DNA of 64,000 nt, from IMG/VR virus record IMGVR_UViG_3300044695_005756, positions 30,519 to 94,518 of that record; one strand, written 5' to 3'. Within the stretch, counting starts at the first letter, position 1. The number at the start of each line of letters is the position of its first letter. The notes under the pieces are model-generated. The model searched no databases and was not told the origin of the DNA. It saw only the letters and a program-made list of their open reading frames with translations. This document shows positions 21,348 through 31,625 of this stretch, piece by piece. Source of the stretch: a virus. A program made the position numbers and the translations under genes.

Positions 21348-24300
21348 TTATTCTATTATCAAATCGAATTCTTGTTCTGTCTCAATAATTTCTCCATCTT
21401 CCGCAGTCAAATAAATTTTTGGAACAGCAGAGAAAATTACCGCAGTTTGTGCGTTTGCAGTTTGACTCCATGAAACAGGATCAATCGTAATTATCGCATT
21501 AGCTCCAGCAGAATTTGGAGTTATTTTTGGAGTATAATAATATTTTCCAACACCCTGGAGAACACTATCGCTATTTACTGTCAGCTTTCGAATGGCTCCA
21601 TTTCCAGAATAAACTTCAACCAATACGTTAGCTGCTGTATTCTGCTCAACAAATCCAACAGTAATTACCGCATTTGTCACCGCATTTGCTACCGCAGTTA
21701 AAGTAAATGCAGCATTTACGAAGGTATTGCTGTTTGCTGTAACAAGAAATCCTGCCGTTTGTCCTGAATTTGCTGAAGAAGAAACCGATAACTGTGCGAT
21801 GTTTCTTGTATTTGCGTTATATCCAATTGAAAGAATCGCAGGAGTTGTTGGAGTTTGAATTGCACCTGTAGTCGGATCTAAAATACCTACGATAATAATG
21901 TCTTGTCCGTTTGCATATAGACCTATATCAGTTACAACAGTTTTATTAATTCTACCTGAAGTATCAACTCCGATAAGACAGTTTGCAGGATTATTTGCAG
22001 ATTCCTGATTGGTCGAAAACACTACATAGCCTGCTTCTTTACCAGAGACTGGCTGCAGATATCCTTCTCCGCCAGAAGTTATCAGCACTTGCGTTACGGA
22101 AACTGGAGTAACATTTGGCGTAACAGTTGTTGGTGGAACAGAATATAATCCAACATCCGTTATCACAATAGAGTGCATATTAATTACACCATTTGCTGGA
22201 TATATTTCATACGTGGCGTTTGCTTTTCTTACTGGTGTTCCTCCACCAAAAACCAAATAACCATTAGCGATACATGTGCCAGCATATATGTTAGTTGCTG
22301 TATTCGATACGACTGATATGATTGATTGAGGAATTGTATTTGATACAGCAGTTGGCGCGGTAGAATATGCTCCATTATCAGTAATATCAATCTTACGAAT
22401 TTTTCCTCCCATAGGCATCATCTGCACGGTAAATACTGCGTTACCTGTTTGAGGTAATGCGAATGGAGTAGTTTTATATAATCCTCTATTTAAAACTGTG
22501 ACGTTGACAATTGCACCTGTTGAATTAACAAAGACTCTTGCATTCGCACTAATATTGTCTTTGTCTGGACTTACAAAATTAATGTAACCGTTAGCTCCAT
22601 GTGCAAACGAATTTGCAGTAATGGATATTACCTGTGCAGAATTTGGATGAAAAACTTCGATGCTTGCTACCGCAGAACGACTCGGACTTCCTCCAGAGAA
22701 ATTTATAATGCCATTAGAGTGTCCAAGTCCACCACTTGGCGCAGTAATTGTAAACATCACATTGGACTCTGCGTTTGTAGTTGCTGTAAACACTTCATTA
22801 TTTTCATAATATCTTAAACCAGCAATGTTTGCAAATATAGGATAATCTGTTGAATATGCTCCGTTCGCTTGTACTTCAACATTTAAAACATAACCTTCCG
22901 TATTCACATACACTCTTGCATTTGCCGCACTATATTGCGTACCAACATTGGCATTCGATACCGTGTTTGTGGTAAATGTGATGAAGCTATTTACCGTTCT
23001 TGAATGAGCATTCACATTAACCATTCGAACTAAAGTCACTACTTTAATGTCGGAAATAACGACATTTGGACTTGAGTTTGGAACAGCAAGCGTTGGATCA
23101 GTTTGATAAAGTCCAGAATCGATTACAACAACAGTATTAATTGAAGTATTGGGGTGAACTATAAGTTGTACATTTGCATCTCTTAATGGACTTCCACCAG
23201 AAATTTGTAACCATCCGTTTGAGTATCCTTGACCGCGATTCGTTATCGTAATTCCATTAGCATATAGAACTCTGTGTGGATTCGTATCAGGAAGCGCGAT
23301 TGGTTTGTCTGAGTAAAGACCTCCGGACACGAAAGTTATATTTCTTAATGCGCCATTTGATGCGTAAACTTCAACATTTGCCACAGATCGAATCGATTCA
23401 TCTGTACCAGAAAATGCAATTGAACCATTCTCATAACCTGAACCTGGATTTGAAATAGTTAGACTTGTTACTTGACCACCGCCATTTGAGAACACCAAAT
23501 AACCATTTGAATATCCTGAACCTGCGTTTGTGATTCTCAGATTTGATACGTTCGACTCGGTTACAATTTTAGTGTTGCTTACAATGTGAGATACTTTTCG
23601 CAATTCTCCATTTGCTGCGATTGATGATCCTATTGTAAGAATACCCGCATCATATAAAACATTGAATTTTGTATTTGAACCAACAACAATTGCACCGCCA
23701 TTTGAAACATTAACTTTACCTGAAAGTGTTGTCTCTCTATTTCTTTCAACTTCAACGTCAGTTAATTCAACGATGTTTTGTTTATTGTAAAATGCATAGT
23801 TAATTAATCCTACAGGATGCAGCAGTTGTTTAAGCAGACTCTTATATTTACTGAATTCTATCTGAGAAGAGATAACATATGAATAATCCACATAAAAATC
23901 TTCACCCTGTATTTTTCTTTCGAAGCTGGACAAAAGTGAATCTGTTGTTCTCCAGTTACCACCACTGGAAATATATGATCGTTCAATTTCAACATTTCCT
24001 GTAGCGGAACCATCTCCACCAGTTATTTCTACAGATGGAATGTATTGATATCCTGAACCTGGATCAATGACTTGTATTGAAGTGATTGCACCATTACTGG
24101 CTCCAAACCCAGCAATCGAAAGTCTTTCGTTGTCTCCTAGTATAGAATCAATCTCAATAATCGCTCCAGAACCTGTTGCAGAATCGACTGAAATTGATGG
24201 GAAATTATTCTGAGTGTATCCATAACCACCAATTGGCCATCTGTTTTGAACTCCTATTTTTCTACCAGAAGTTGAGTATGTGAAAGTTCCAGAAACTGTG

Positions 24301-26063
24301 GCTAATGTATCATTTACAATCGCAACAATTAATTTTGGTTCATTATTAATCTCTACTGTATCACCAACAAATAACTCTTTTGTAAAAAATGTTCCTGTTC
24401 CTATAATCTCATTACAAGCCGATAAGATGGATGCTGTTCCCTGTATTCTAGCATTTGCGGAAACAATTTTTTGAATATAACCATTCGCTGCAATTTTACC
24501 TACAGTTGCAGCGGCATGTTGACCATACGTGCCTAAAGGATTTGGTCCAAATACAATTTCATCTCCAATTTTGTAATTTAATCCACCATCATTAATTTTA
24601 TAACGATCAATTGATTTTAAACTCTTCGAAAAACGATAGGGAGCATTTGCACCATACAATGCACCCGATGCATCTAGAATAGTCGAGTCTTTTTGATTTA
24701 GTGGTAAAGTTGAAGAAAGGACTGTGACGTTTGAAATTGGTCCAACTTGAAGTGTAACGTAATTAAAAACTGTGTTGAGTGCATTAGCAGCACTCACGTT
24801 TGATTTCAAGAAAACCGCACCAAAATTGGAACTGTTAATATAAACATTTCCACCAACATTTAAACTTAAATTCGATATGACATCAGGAGATACTGTAAGA
24901 GTATTTCCAGCGTTTGCTCCTGATGCATCTATGGCATCAACAAAAAGTGTGAAGACGGTAAAAGCACTATTTCCAGTAACCGAAACAGGAGAAGTTGTGG
25001 TGAAGCCAGCTCCACCATGATGAATAAGAATACTATCTGCGAAACCAGAAGAAACACTTTCTACTGTTCCGATTGCGTTTGTTTTTGAATTCCCGCCATA
25101 AACATAAACGAGATCGCCAACACTATAATTATTTCCAGAATTGACTACATTGATCTTTTTTACGATTGAATATGTCGAAGCGCGAACATCAACTATTACA
25201 TTATTTACTTCATCTACAATAGGTATTGATACTTCTTCACCATTTAAAAATGATCCACGTAGAGTGCTTGGATTGATGAGTAAATCAATAGGAAGACTTA
25301 ATGTAAACGTGTCAGAAGATGTTCTTCTAATCGCATCTTCAATAATGGCATAAGCACCTGAAGATACTCCTACGACTTTTCTATTACCTAAAATAACTGG
25401 ATTTAGATTTTCATATCTTACTTTTACAATAGAATTGTTGGCAGGAATATTTAAAAATACTAATTGACGGTACTCTTTGTTAATGTAATAGTCAACGTCA
25501 ATTGTTTTTAAAACATCATCGACGTAAACATTTATTTCTTCAGGTTCTATTTTTCCTACTAGATAAAAAACTCTAGTCGTTCCGTCTGCAACATAACGAC
25601 TGAAAACATCGTTATTGATTCTAAGTTTACTATCTACTTCCCATTTACTTGCCGATGCACGAAGAATGCTATTTCTAGGGTAAAGAACTTCAATATCTTT
25701 ACCATAAATTAATTGAAACAGAAGTTTAAAAGAACTTTCGGCACCTTTGGAACGATATATGTTTGCCAAATGCTTAAACAATAAAGCTTTATTTGACTGA
25801 ACTTCAACTGGAATTAATGTTGCAAAAGTATTGTAGAAACTTCTCTCAAACTTCTCAATCGATTCATCAACATCACGAATATCTCTCAAAGATTTTGCGG
25901 TTGAAATTAGATTATTTGAAGTGGCTGAAGTGTTTGCTTGAGTTTCCAAAAACTCATAGTATGCTTTTACAAACGCAACAAATTTTGGATGATCATCCCT
26001 AACAAATTCTGGAATTTGCGTTTCAATAAGTACCGATGTTTTTAAATCAGAAATTGACATCAC
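21348..26063 (-). CDS. gp7: Baseplate wedge initiator gp7 with expanded C-terminal repeats
   Basis: QIPEFVRDDHPKFVAFVKAYYEFL, YRSKG, YVDYSYVI and LLHPVG motifs; position after gp6. Confidence 0.85.
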   Translation of the reverse strand: MMSISDLKTSVLIETQIPEFVRDDHPKFVAFVKAYYEFLETQANTSATSNNLISTAKSLRDIRDVDESIEKFERSFYNTFATLIPVEVQSNKALLFKHLANIYRSKGAESSFKLLFQLIYGKDIEVLYPRNSILRASASKWEVDSKLRINNDVFSRYVADGTTRVFYLVGKIEPEEINVYVDDVLKTIDVDYYINKEYRQLVFLNIPANNSIVKVRYENLNPVILGNRKVVGVSSGAYAIIEDAIRRTSSDTFTLSLPIDLLINPSTLRGSFLNGEEVSIPIVDEVNNVIVDVRASTYSIVKKINVVNSGNNYSVGDLVYVYGGNSKTNAIGTVESVSSGFADSILIHHGGAGFTTTSPVSVTGNSAFTVFTLFVDAIDASGANAGNTLTVSPDVISNLSLNVGGNVYINSSNFGAVFLKSNVSAANALNTVFNYVTLQVGPISNVTVLSSTLPLNQKDSTILDASGALYGANAPYRFSKSLKSIDRYKINDGGLNYKIGDEIVFGPNPLGTYGQHAAATVGKIAANGYIQKIVSANARIQGTASILSACNEIIGTGTFFTKELFVGDTVEINNEPKLIVAIVNDTLATVSGTFTYSTSGRKIGVQNRWPIGGYGYTQNNFPSISVDSATGSGAIIEIDSILGDNERLSIAGFGASNGAITSIQVIDPGSGYQYIPSVEITGGDGSATGNVEIERSYISSGGNWRTTDSLLSSFERKIQGEDFYVDYSYVISSQIEFSKYKSLLKQLLHPVGLINYAFYNKQNIVELTDVEVERNRETTLSGKVNVSNGGAIVVGSNTKFNVLYDAGILTIGSSIAANGELRKVSHIVSNTKIVTESNVSNLRITNAGSGYSNGYLVFSNGGGQVTSLTISNPGSGYENGSIAFSGTDESIRSVANVEVYASNGALRNITFVSGGLYSDKPIALPDTNPHRVLYANGITITNRGQGYSNGWLQISGGSPLRDANVQLIVHPNTSINTVVVIDSGLYQTDPTLAVPNSSPNVVISDIKVVTLVRMVNVNAHSRTVNSFITFTTNTVSNANVGTQYSAANARVYVNTEGYVLNVEVQANGAYSTDYPIFANIAGLRYYENNEVFTATTNAESNVMFTITAPSGGLGHSNGIINFSGGSPSRSAVASIEVFHPNSAQVISITANSFAHGANGYINFVSPDKDNISANARVFVNSTGAIVNVTVLNRGLYKTTPFALPQTGNAVFTVQMMPMGGKIRKIDITDNGAYSTAPTAVSNTIPQSIISVVSNTATNIYAGTCIANGYLVFGGGTPVRKANATYEIYPANGVINMHSIVITDVGLYSVPPTTVTPNVTPVSVTQVLITSGGEGYLQPVSGKEAGYVVFSTNQESANNPANCLIGVDTSGRINKTVVTDIGLYANGQDIIIVGILDPTTGAIQTPTTPAILSIGYNANTRNIAQLSVSSSANSGQTAGFLVTANSNTFVNAAFTLTAVANAVTNAVITVGFVEQNTAANVLVEVYSGNGAIRKLTVNSDSVLQGVGKYYYTPKITPNSAGANAIITIDPVSWSQTANAQTAVIFSAVPKIYLTAEDGEIIETEQEFDLIIE

Positions 26064-26071
26064 TTATACTC

Positions 26072-28129
26072 TTATATTGTCTCTAAAGTTGTGCTAATTG
26101 AAGTTGGATCGGCTGCATCTAACGTGAGAATAGTATTCTTTGAAGAACTTATAATATCTTTTTCCGATTCAATCGAAACACGAATCAATCCATCGGCAGA
26201 ATTAACATCTTTAATAACAATATTAGAAATCGAAACTATACCCGTTTCGTAATTAATTTCTCCAGCATTTGAATTAACCACTTGACGTTGAGCAAAAGAA
26301 TCGTAATAAACAGTTCGAATTGTTCCTATTTTTCCATCAACTATTACAACTCCTGTTGCTCCTGATCCACCTCCACCAACAATTGAAACTGTGGCACGTG
26401 TGTAGTCGATTCCTCGATTTATAATTTTTATACTCTCAATTTTTCCGTTTACAATTACCGCCGACGCATTTGCACCAACACCGTCACCAGATATTGTAAT
26501 CGTTGGCTGAGTTATATATCCTGTTCCAGGATTCGTAACTTGAATTGATGAGATTCCAGAAAAAGACTGAGGAATTTCATCAAACTGAACTGAGCGATCT
26601 ATACCATTAACATCTGCGACAGTAAAATACGTTGAAGTTAGTTTGTTGCCAATCGTGCCTCTACGTAAAGGCACATTAAAATTAATTGTATATGGAGTGG
26701 AAGTTGTTAAAGTTGGAGTAAATCTTTTTTCCAAACGAACATTAACACTTGAACCAACAATCGAACTTTGATCGACTTTATCTATAGAATCTTGAACTTT
26801 AGATAAAATAAATTGTGCAGCAAATTTGTTCAAGTTAGTTGTATTATATGTTAATATGGCATTACGAACCATCGTCTTAATCTCATCTTCCGTTTTATTT
26901 GTTTTTCTTGAATAGTATCTAACGGTTGATGCCAATTTTAAGTACAAGTATTCTGGCTCACGAATAACTGCTTGGATAGCAACAATCGCTTTAGGTCTAA
27001 TGATTTCATCTATAATTTTTTGTTTTTCAGTTTCAGACAAATAATAATTTTCTTTTAGTTTTAGTGCGATATAAACAATTCCAAATTTTGGTGGAGATTC
27101 ATCTTCACCACCCCATACGGAAATAGAATCTATGGGCGGATATTTCTTTGTAATATATGCTTCATAATCAGAAAAAGTTACCAAACGATTTTGAGATGTA
27201 TACAAAAGAGGTGCAGCAAATTTGATGTTATCAACAGATTCTCTTTCTGCTCCACCGGAAGCTTCACTTACTGGATCGATAATGAAGTCTGAATGAGTTT
27301 GTCCATTTGAATCAACTAATGTTTGTGTGGCAATAAAGTTATTTGCTTTGTTTGGAACTTCTCCATTTGTAACAAGATAATTCATATTTACAACAGCACC
27401 ATCTGGAAGTTTTTTACCTATAATATTGTCACCAAAATAAATTGAGTATCTTTGTGCTTTATCTTCTTGCAGATAAAAAACTTTTGATTGAGTCGATGTA
27501 TTACTTGAATCATCGGCTAAATTATAAATTTCAATTTCAGTATTAGATACTGAAGGTTGAACGGTTACTGAAATGGTTGTAGTGTCTACCTCTGCATCAG
27601 GCAAAACAAACACTTGTTTAGGATTAGAAGCTTGATCATGAACATACGAGTAGGTTACTAACTGTCCTTCGTGAATTGGTATGTTAAAGAAAGAAAAATC
27701 ATTATTTGCTTTAGTAACTTTTAATTCTTCCAATGTTACGAATCCATAACTCACACCGTCAATTTGTTCTGATAAAAATCTAAATCCTTTTGGAATTGTC
27801 ATAGTTGATGCAACATTTGACGCCGTATTTACTGTAAAGTTAATTAATGCTCTCGGCGCTTTTCTAGAATAAGGTATATAACCTAAAGTTTTAGCTTGTG
27901 AGATTACCGAATCGCGTAAAAGTGCTGTGTCAAGAAAAGCCTCGTTGGCAATCATGTTCAAATAATATGCTTGATAATGCGTGTTGTACGCAAGTACATC
28001 AAGCAAAATATTCAAACCAGATCCTTCAAAATTGTAGTCCGTAAATTCAGACTGCTGATTTAAAAATGTTTTTAAGTTTTCCTTGATTGAATCAAAATCA
28101 AGTTCGGTTACTCTTAGACGGTCTGCCAT
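26072..28129 (-). CDS. gp6: Baseplate wedge subunit gp6
   Basis: ELDFDSIKENLK..FTDYNFEGSGLNILLDVLAYNTHY, QNRLVT, VWGGEDE motifs. Confidence 0.95.
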   Translation of the reverse strand: MADRLRVTELDFDSIKENLKTFLNQQSEFTDYNFEGSGLNILLDVLAYNTHYQAYYLNMIANEAFLDTALLRDSVISQAKTLGYIPYSRKAPRALINFTVNTASNVASTMTIPKGFRFLSEQIDGVSYGFVTLEELKVTKANNDFSFFNIPIHEGQLVTYSYVHDQASNPKQVFVLPDAEVDTTTISVTVQPSVSNTEIEIYNLADDSSNTSTQSKVFYLQEDKAQRYSIYFGDNIIGKKLPDGAVVNMNYLVTNGEVPNKANNFIATQTLVDSNGQTHSDFIIDPVSEASGGAERESVDNIKFAAPLLYTSQNRLVTFSDYEAYITKKYPPIDSISVWGGEDESPPKFGIVYIALKLKENYYLSETEKQKIIDEIIRPKAIVAIQAVIREPEYLYLKLASTVRYYSRKTNKTEDEIKTMVRNAILTYNTTNLNKFAAQFILSKVQDSIDKVDQSSIVGSSVNVRLEKRFTPTLTTSTPYTINFNVPLRRGTIGNKLTSTYFTVADVNGIDRSVQFDEIPQSFSGISSIQVTNPGTGYITQPTITISGDGVGANASAVIVNGKIESIKIINRGIDYTRATVSIVGGGGSGATGVVIVDGKIGTIRTVYYDSFAQRQVVNSNAGEINYETGIVSISNIVIKDVNSADGLIRVSIESEKDIISSSKNTILTLDAADPTSISTTLETI

Positions 28130-28131
28130 TT

Positions 28132-28554
28132 TTATCTAATTCTCTCTAAAAAGAAATCAATCGTAACTGGATTTGGATTGTTGATAATGAAAAAGGTTAA
28201 AGAAATACTATATCCATTATCTTCGGGATACCCTGTTGCGCTGATACTTAAAATACTTACTCTAGGTTCATAGTTTGAAATTGTGTCATTTATAGCTGTT
28301 TTAATTTGTTCTGCCACAATTGGATCAACATTTTCAAATAATAAGCTTCGTAGACCACTTCCAATTTCTGGTCTAAAAGGTTTTTCGTAATAACTTAAAG
28401 ACATTAAATTTTTCACAGAATTGATTACAGCATATTCATTAATATTTTTTGTAACGTCTTTTTTAATAGGATGCATGTTAAAGTTCAAATCGAGGTCTTT
28501 GAAACCTCTCTCTGAAGAAATTCTTGGATTCGCTGTTGTGATAGTGGTAGCCAT
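28132..28554 (-). CDS. gp25: Baseplate wedge subunit gp25
   Basis: FKDLDL, EKPFRPEIGS..LLFE, YEPRV motifs. Confidence 0.93.
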   Translation of the reverse strand: MATTITTANPRISSERGFKDLDLNFNMHPIKKDVTKNINEYAVINSVKNLMSLSYYEKPFRPEIGSGLRSLLFENVDPIVAEQIKTAINDTISNYEPRVSILSISATGYPEDNGYSISLTFFIINNPNPVTIDFFLERIR

Positions 28555-28565
28555 TTATTATTTAT

Positions 28566-28862
28566 TTAACCTCCAACGAAAACATTTTCGGATCCTTGTG
28601 CTACCGCCGTACATGCAGTAACAGGATCACCGACTCTTCCTGCTTGAAGACCCTCAACGTAAACAGTTGATGAGCCTTTTGTTATTGGTGCCACGTGTAC
28701 TGGACATGGAATTCCTGGCACAGGAAGTAAATGTGGTGTGTTAATATGAGATTGACATGACCATGGTCGACCATTTACAAAAACGCTACCTGAACCTTGC
28801 GCTCTTGATGGCGGAGAGCAATGTGTTACGTCCAAATCTCCTACTCTTGTTGCTGCTGGCAT
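28566..28862 (-). CDS. gp5.4: PAAR spike-tip protein (gp5.4-like)
   Basis: MPAATRVGD, GSxxVFVNG/VYVEG repeats, His/Cys metal ligands. Confidence 0.92.
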   Translation of the reverse strand: MPAATRVGDLDVTHCSPPSRAQGSGSVFVNGRPWSCQSHINTPHLLPVPGIPCPVHVAPITKGSSTVYVEGLQAGRVGDPVTACTAVAQGSENVFVGG

Positions 28863-29804
28863 TTATGAAAATACTCCTACGTTACTGCGGGGCAACTTAG
28901 TTACTTTCATGTAACTTCCAGTATTTGGAGTTATACGACCCGCACTTGTTGAAACTGATAGATAACAATTACCTGATGTAACGGAGTTTGTTATAACAAA
29001 CGCTTTAATATTAAATGCGTAGAGTGTGTTATCTGTCAAAGAAGGTGTTACTGGAAGAGTAAATGGATCAGCGGTGCCAATTATTCTCCCTGCGGTACAT
29101 GCAGCAGCGACAACGCTTGCTGCACCACCAACATATGTTGCATTTACTAATTGAGGATTTACGCCAGAGCCAGCACCCGAACCACTTCTAAATCGTATAT
29201 TAAATGTTACAGTACCAGCTGTTATTTTTTGAAAATATAACTGCCATTCGATTTCATATGCACTATTTGCAGTTAGCATTACACCGTTGCTGTTACCCAT
29301 GAATGGCAATTCCGCTGTGCTTATGAAACCACCCGCACCAAATATAGTGTTTGATGTTAGATACCTAAATTGTGTTGCCGGAACATAGCCTACTCCTTGA
29401 GTTCTATCAACTGTGGCATACAAAGAATTTTTATTGAATTGAATTGTTCCATTTGTACTAACCGTAGAAGGACTGCCTGACCATGCGGTTGTAGTTAAAT
29501 CTAGACCTGTTGTACTTAAATCTCGTATAACAACATTTACGGTATTTGAATCGTTAGTATATAAATTACCCGAAATCACATTTGTGGTAACAAAAATATT
29601 GCCAGCGACAACATTACCTGTGCTAACATTTACACTAACAAAAACATTACCAGCAATAACATTACCTGTGCTGACGTTTGAATTCGATGTCACATTTGAT
29701 GTGACAACATTATCCAATCTTTGCTCAAGATAAGTAAAGTTGGTATCTAAGTCTCCTAGTCCTACAGAGATGCTTTTGTCTGCAAAGGTCTTTGGTACTG
29801 TCAT
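28863..29804 (-). CDS. Hypothetical virion protein (fibre/spike-like, VSTGNV repeats)
   Basis: LDTNFTYL N-terminal motif, short Val/Asn/Thr repeats, location in the baseplate module. Confidence 0.5.
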   Translation of the reverse strand: MTVPKTFADKSISVGLGDLDTNFTYLEQRLDNVVTSNVTSNSNVSTGNVIAGNVFVSVNVSTGNVVAGNIFVTTNVISGNLYTNDSNTVNVVIRDLSTTGLDLTTTAWSGSPSTVSTNGTIQFNKNSLYATVDRTQGVGYVPATQFRYLTSNTIFGAGGFISTAELPFMGNSNGVMLTANSAYEIEWQLYFQKITAGTVTFNIRFRSGSGAGSGVNPQLVNATYVGGAASVVAAACTAGRIIGTADPFTLPVTPSLTDNTLYAFNIKAFVITNSVTSGNCYLSVSTSAGRITPNTGSYMKVTKLPRSNVGVFS

Positions 29805-29808
29805 TTGT

Positions 29809-30444
29809 TTATTCCGCTGTCCATTTAACTTCTTTTCCTAATGCGTTTGTCCAAATCACAGGTTTTCCATCTGCACCGCCAGAAAACACGGGAGAAAAAA
29901 CGAAAGGATTTGTGTTACCATAATACGATTGTAAATAAGATGTGTGGTTTCGTATGTCATTAAGAACGATTTGATTAATAGTAAAAGTTTCGGTAAGTCC
30001 TGAAGTAATTCCAGTATATGTAACTACTATAGTAAAAGTTCGTGTTACGCTTGTTATATCTGACGGCTGATAAAGTATAATATTTTTGTTAGGCAAAATG
30101 TTACCTAAACTTGTAACCGTGGTTTCAGTCTCAGTTTTTGTGCTGCCCTCTTTTGTAATAAATTTTGCTAAGTCAGAAAACCCTTTTTGATAAAAACCAG
30201 AAATAATGAAACTATCTGCCGTTGCTCCAGGAGTTATCTTTAAATCTGGTTCAGTATCGCCTAACAAAGTGGCACTTATTCCTGTAACTTTTTCAATTAT
30301 GTAAGTTCCGCTTCCACCACCTCCAATTCCACCACCACCTGAGCCAATTACTCCTGACTGTACACCCTTTGCAGTAACAGTCAAAGTAAAATTTTTATTT
30401 CTTAGCGCATCAGGAAATCTAGGCGGAAAAATTTCAATTGCCAT
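29809..30444 (-). CDS. Hypothetical baseplate-region protein
   Basis: 211-aa ORF overlapping its upstream neighbour; Thr/Gly-rich. Confidence 0.55.
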   Translation of the reverse strand: MAIEIFPPRFPDALRNKNFTLTVTAKGVQSGVIGSGGGGIGGGGSGTYIIEKVTGISATLLGDTEPDLKITPGATADSFIISGFYQKGFSDLAKFITKEGSTKTETETTVTSLGNILPNKNIILYQPSDITSVTRTFTIVVTYTGITSGLTETFTINQIVLNDIRNHTSYLQSYYGNTNPFVFSPVFSGGADGKPVIWTNALGKEVKWTAE

Positions 30445-30637
30445 TCGTTTCTCGTTTCAGCAACTCTTGTAATCTATCCATCCACGAATCTATTTCTTCG
30501 TGTTGTTCATGTGTGTGCGGTGGCTCTGGAGTTCTTGGTAAGAACTTGATTAAATTATCAAACTTGTCTGGAATGTCTTCGTAACGTGTATAAGTCTTCA
30601 GTTCGCCATTCAACAGTATAACAAATTCATGATCCAT
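30434..30637 (-). CDS. Small conserved T4-like hypothetical protein downstream of gp5
   Basis: YEDIPDKFDNLIKFLP..PEPPHTHEQHEEI motif; probable start MDHEF just after the gp5 stop. Confidence 0.65.
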   Translation of the reverse strand: MDHEFVILLNGELKTYTRYEDIPDKFDNLIKFLPRTPEPPHTHEQHEEIDSWMDRLQELLKRETNGN

Positions 30638-30638
30638 T

Positions 30639-31625
30639 TTAGTTAATGTCAATTCTCGGTGCAGTAAACTTCATGCTACCTCCTGATTCAATTGTACAAG
30701 AGCCACCAATCTTCGCAGAAAAACTACCGCCTGTTTGTAATGAACAACTGCTTCCAATTTTTACTGTTCCTGATCCTCCAACATCAGCGGAAAGATTACC
30801 GTTAACTTTTCCCGTTAAATTTCCTTTTACTGTAGCGTTTAAATTTTTTCCAACTTCTACCGTAGCATTTCCATCAATGTAAACAGTAACATCGCCTTTA
30901 ACATATACTTGTTCGTTTCCAATCACAACTTCAAATTTATTTCTTTGTATTCGTTCAGCACGATCACCTTCTGGTCCCCATTCAGTATAAGAACCTGATC
31001 GATGATAAAGATGAACTCGCTCTGCACCCTTTGTATCATCAAACTCTAGTGCATGTCCTGATTCAGATTCGTACACATTGTTGTAAGGATATTGCGCTTT
31101 ATAGTATGGGTCTGGTTCTACTTTAGATTCTTTCTTTGATTTTTTATCTTGTACAATCTCTGATGGATACTTTGCATCGTTTCTGGCCAAACGTGATGTT
31201 GTCGGTTCATCTAATTTTCTTGGATAATTTTTAGCACTCTCTTTAGGCTTTACAGGCGCATTTGATAATTCGGATGATGTTCTTGGATCATTAAAGCCAT
31301 CTTTTGGATTCGCATCTTTTAAAGGTATGCCAGGAAACATACCTAACATCACGGGTTCTTGCGCGTTCTCACCATCAAGAAAAAAACCAAACACCATATC
31401 TCCTTCACGAGGAGTATAAACATTCGGCATGTTTATTGGAATGCTGGGTGTTGCCCAAGGTAAAGCATCTGTTGGTAATTGCATTTTATTTGGATTATGC
31501 CAACCTATGCAGCGCACTCTACAGCGACCAAGTTTTATAGGATCTTTACGATCTTCAACCACACCTGTCCACCAGATAAAACCATTTTTACCTGCAAAAT
31601 CTTTTTGTTCTGAAGGATTAATCAT
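30639..31625 (-). CDS. gp5: Baseplate central spike gp5 (OB fold + beta-helix, no lysozyme domain)
   Basis: WWTGVVEDRKDP.KLGRCRVRCIG.H, VFGFFLDG, YPYN.V.ESESGH..EFDDT.GAER and a C-terminal beta-helix repeat. Confidence 0.92.
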   Translation of the reverse strand: MINPSEQKDFAGKNGFIWWTGVVEDRKDPIKLGRCRVRCIGWHNPNKMQLPTDALPWATPSIPINMPNVYTPREGDMVFGFFLDGENAQEPVMLGMFPGIPLKDANPKDGFNDPRTSSELSNAPVKPKESAKNYPRKLDEPTTSRLARNDAKYPSEIVQDKKSKKESKVEPDPYYKAQYPYNNVYESESGHALEFDDTKGAERVHLYHRSGSYTEWGPEGDRAERIQRNKFEVVIGNEQVYVKGDVTVYIDGNATVEVGKNLNATVKGNLTGKVNGNLSADVGGSGTVKIGSSCSLQTGGSFSAKIGGSCTIESGGSMKFTAPRIDIN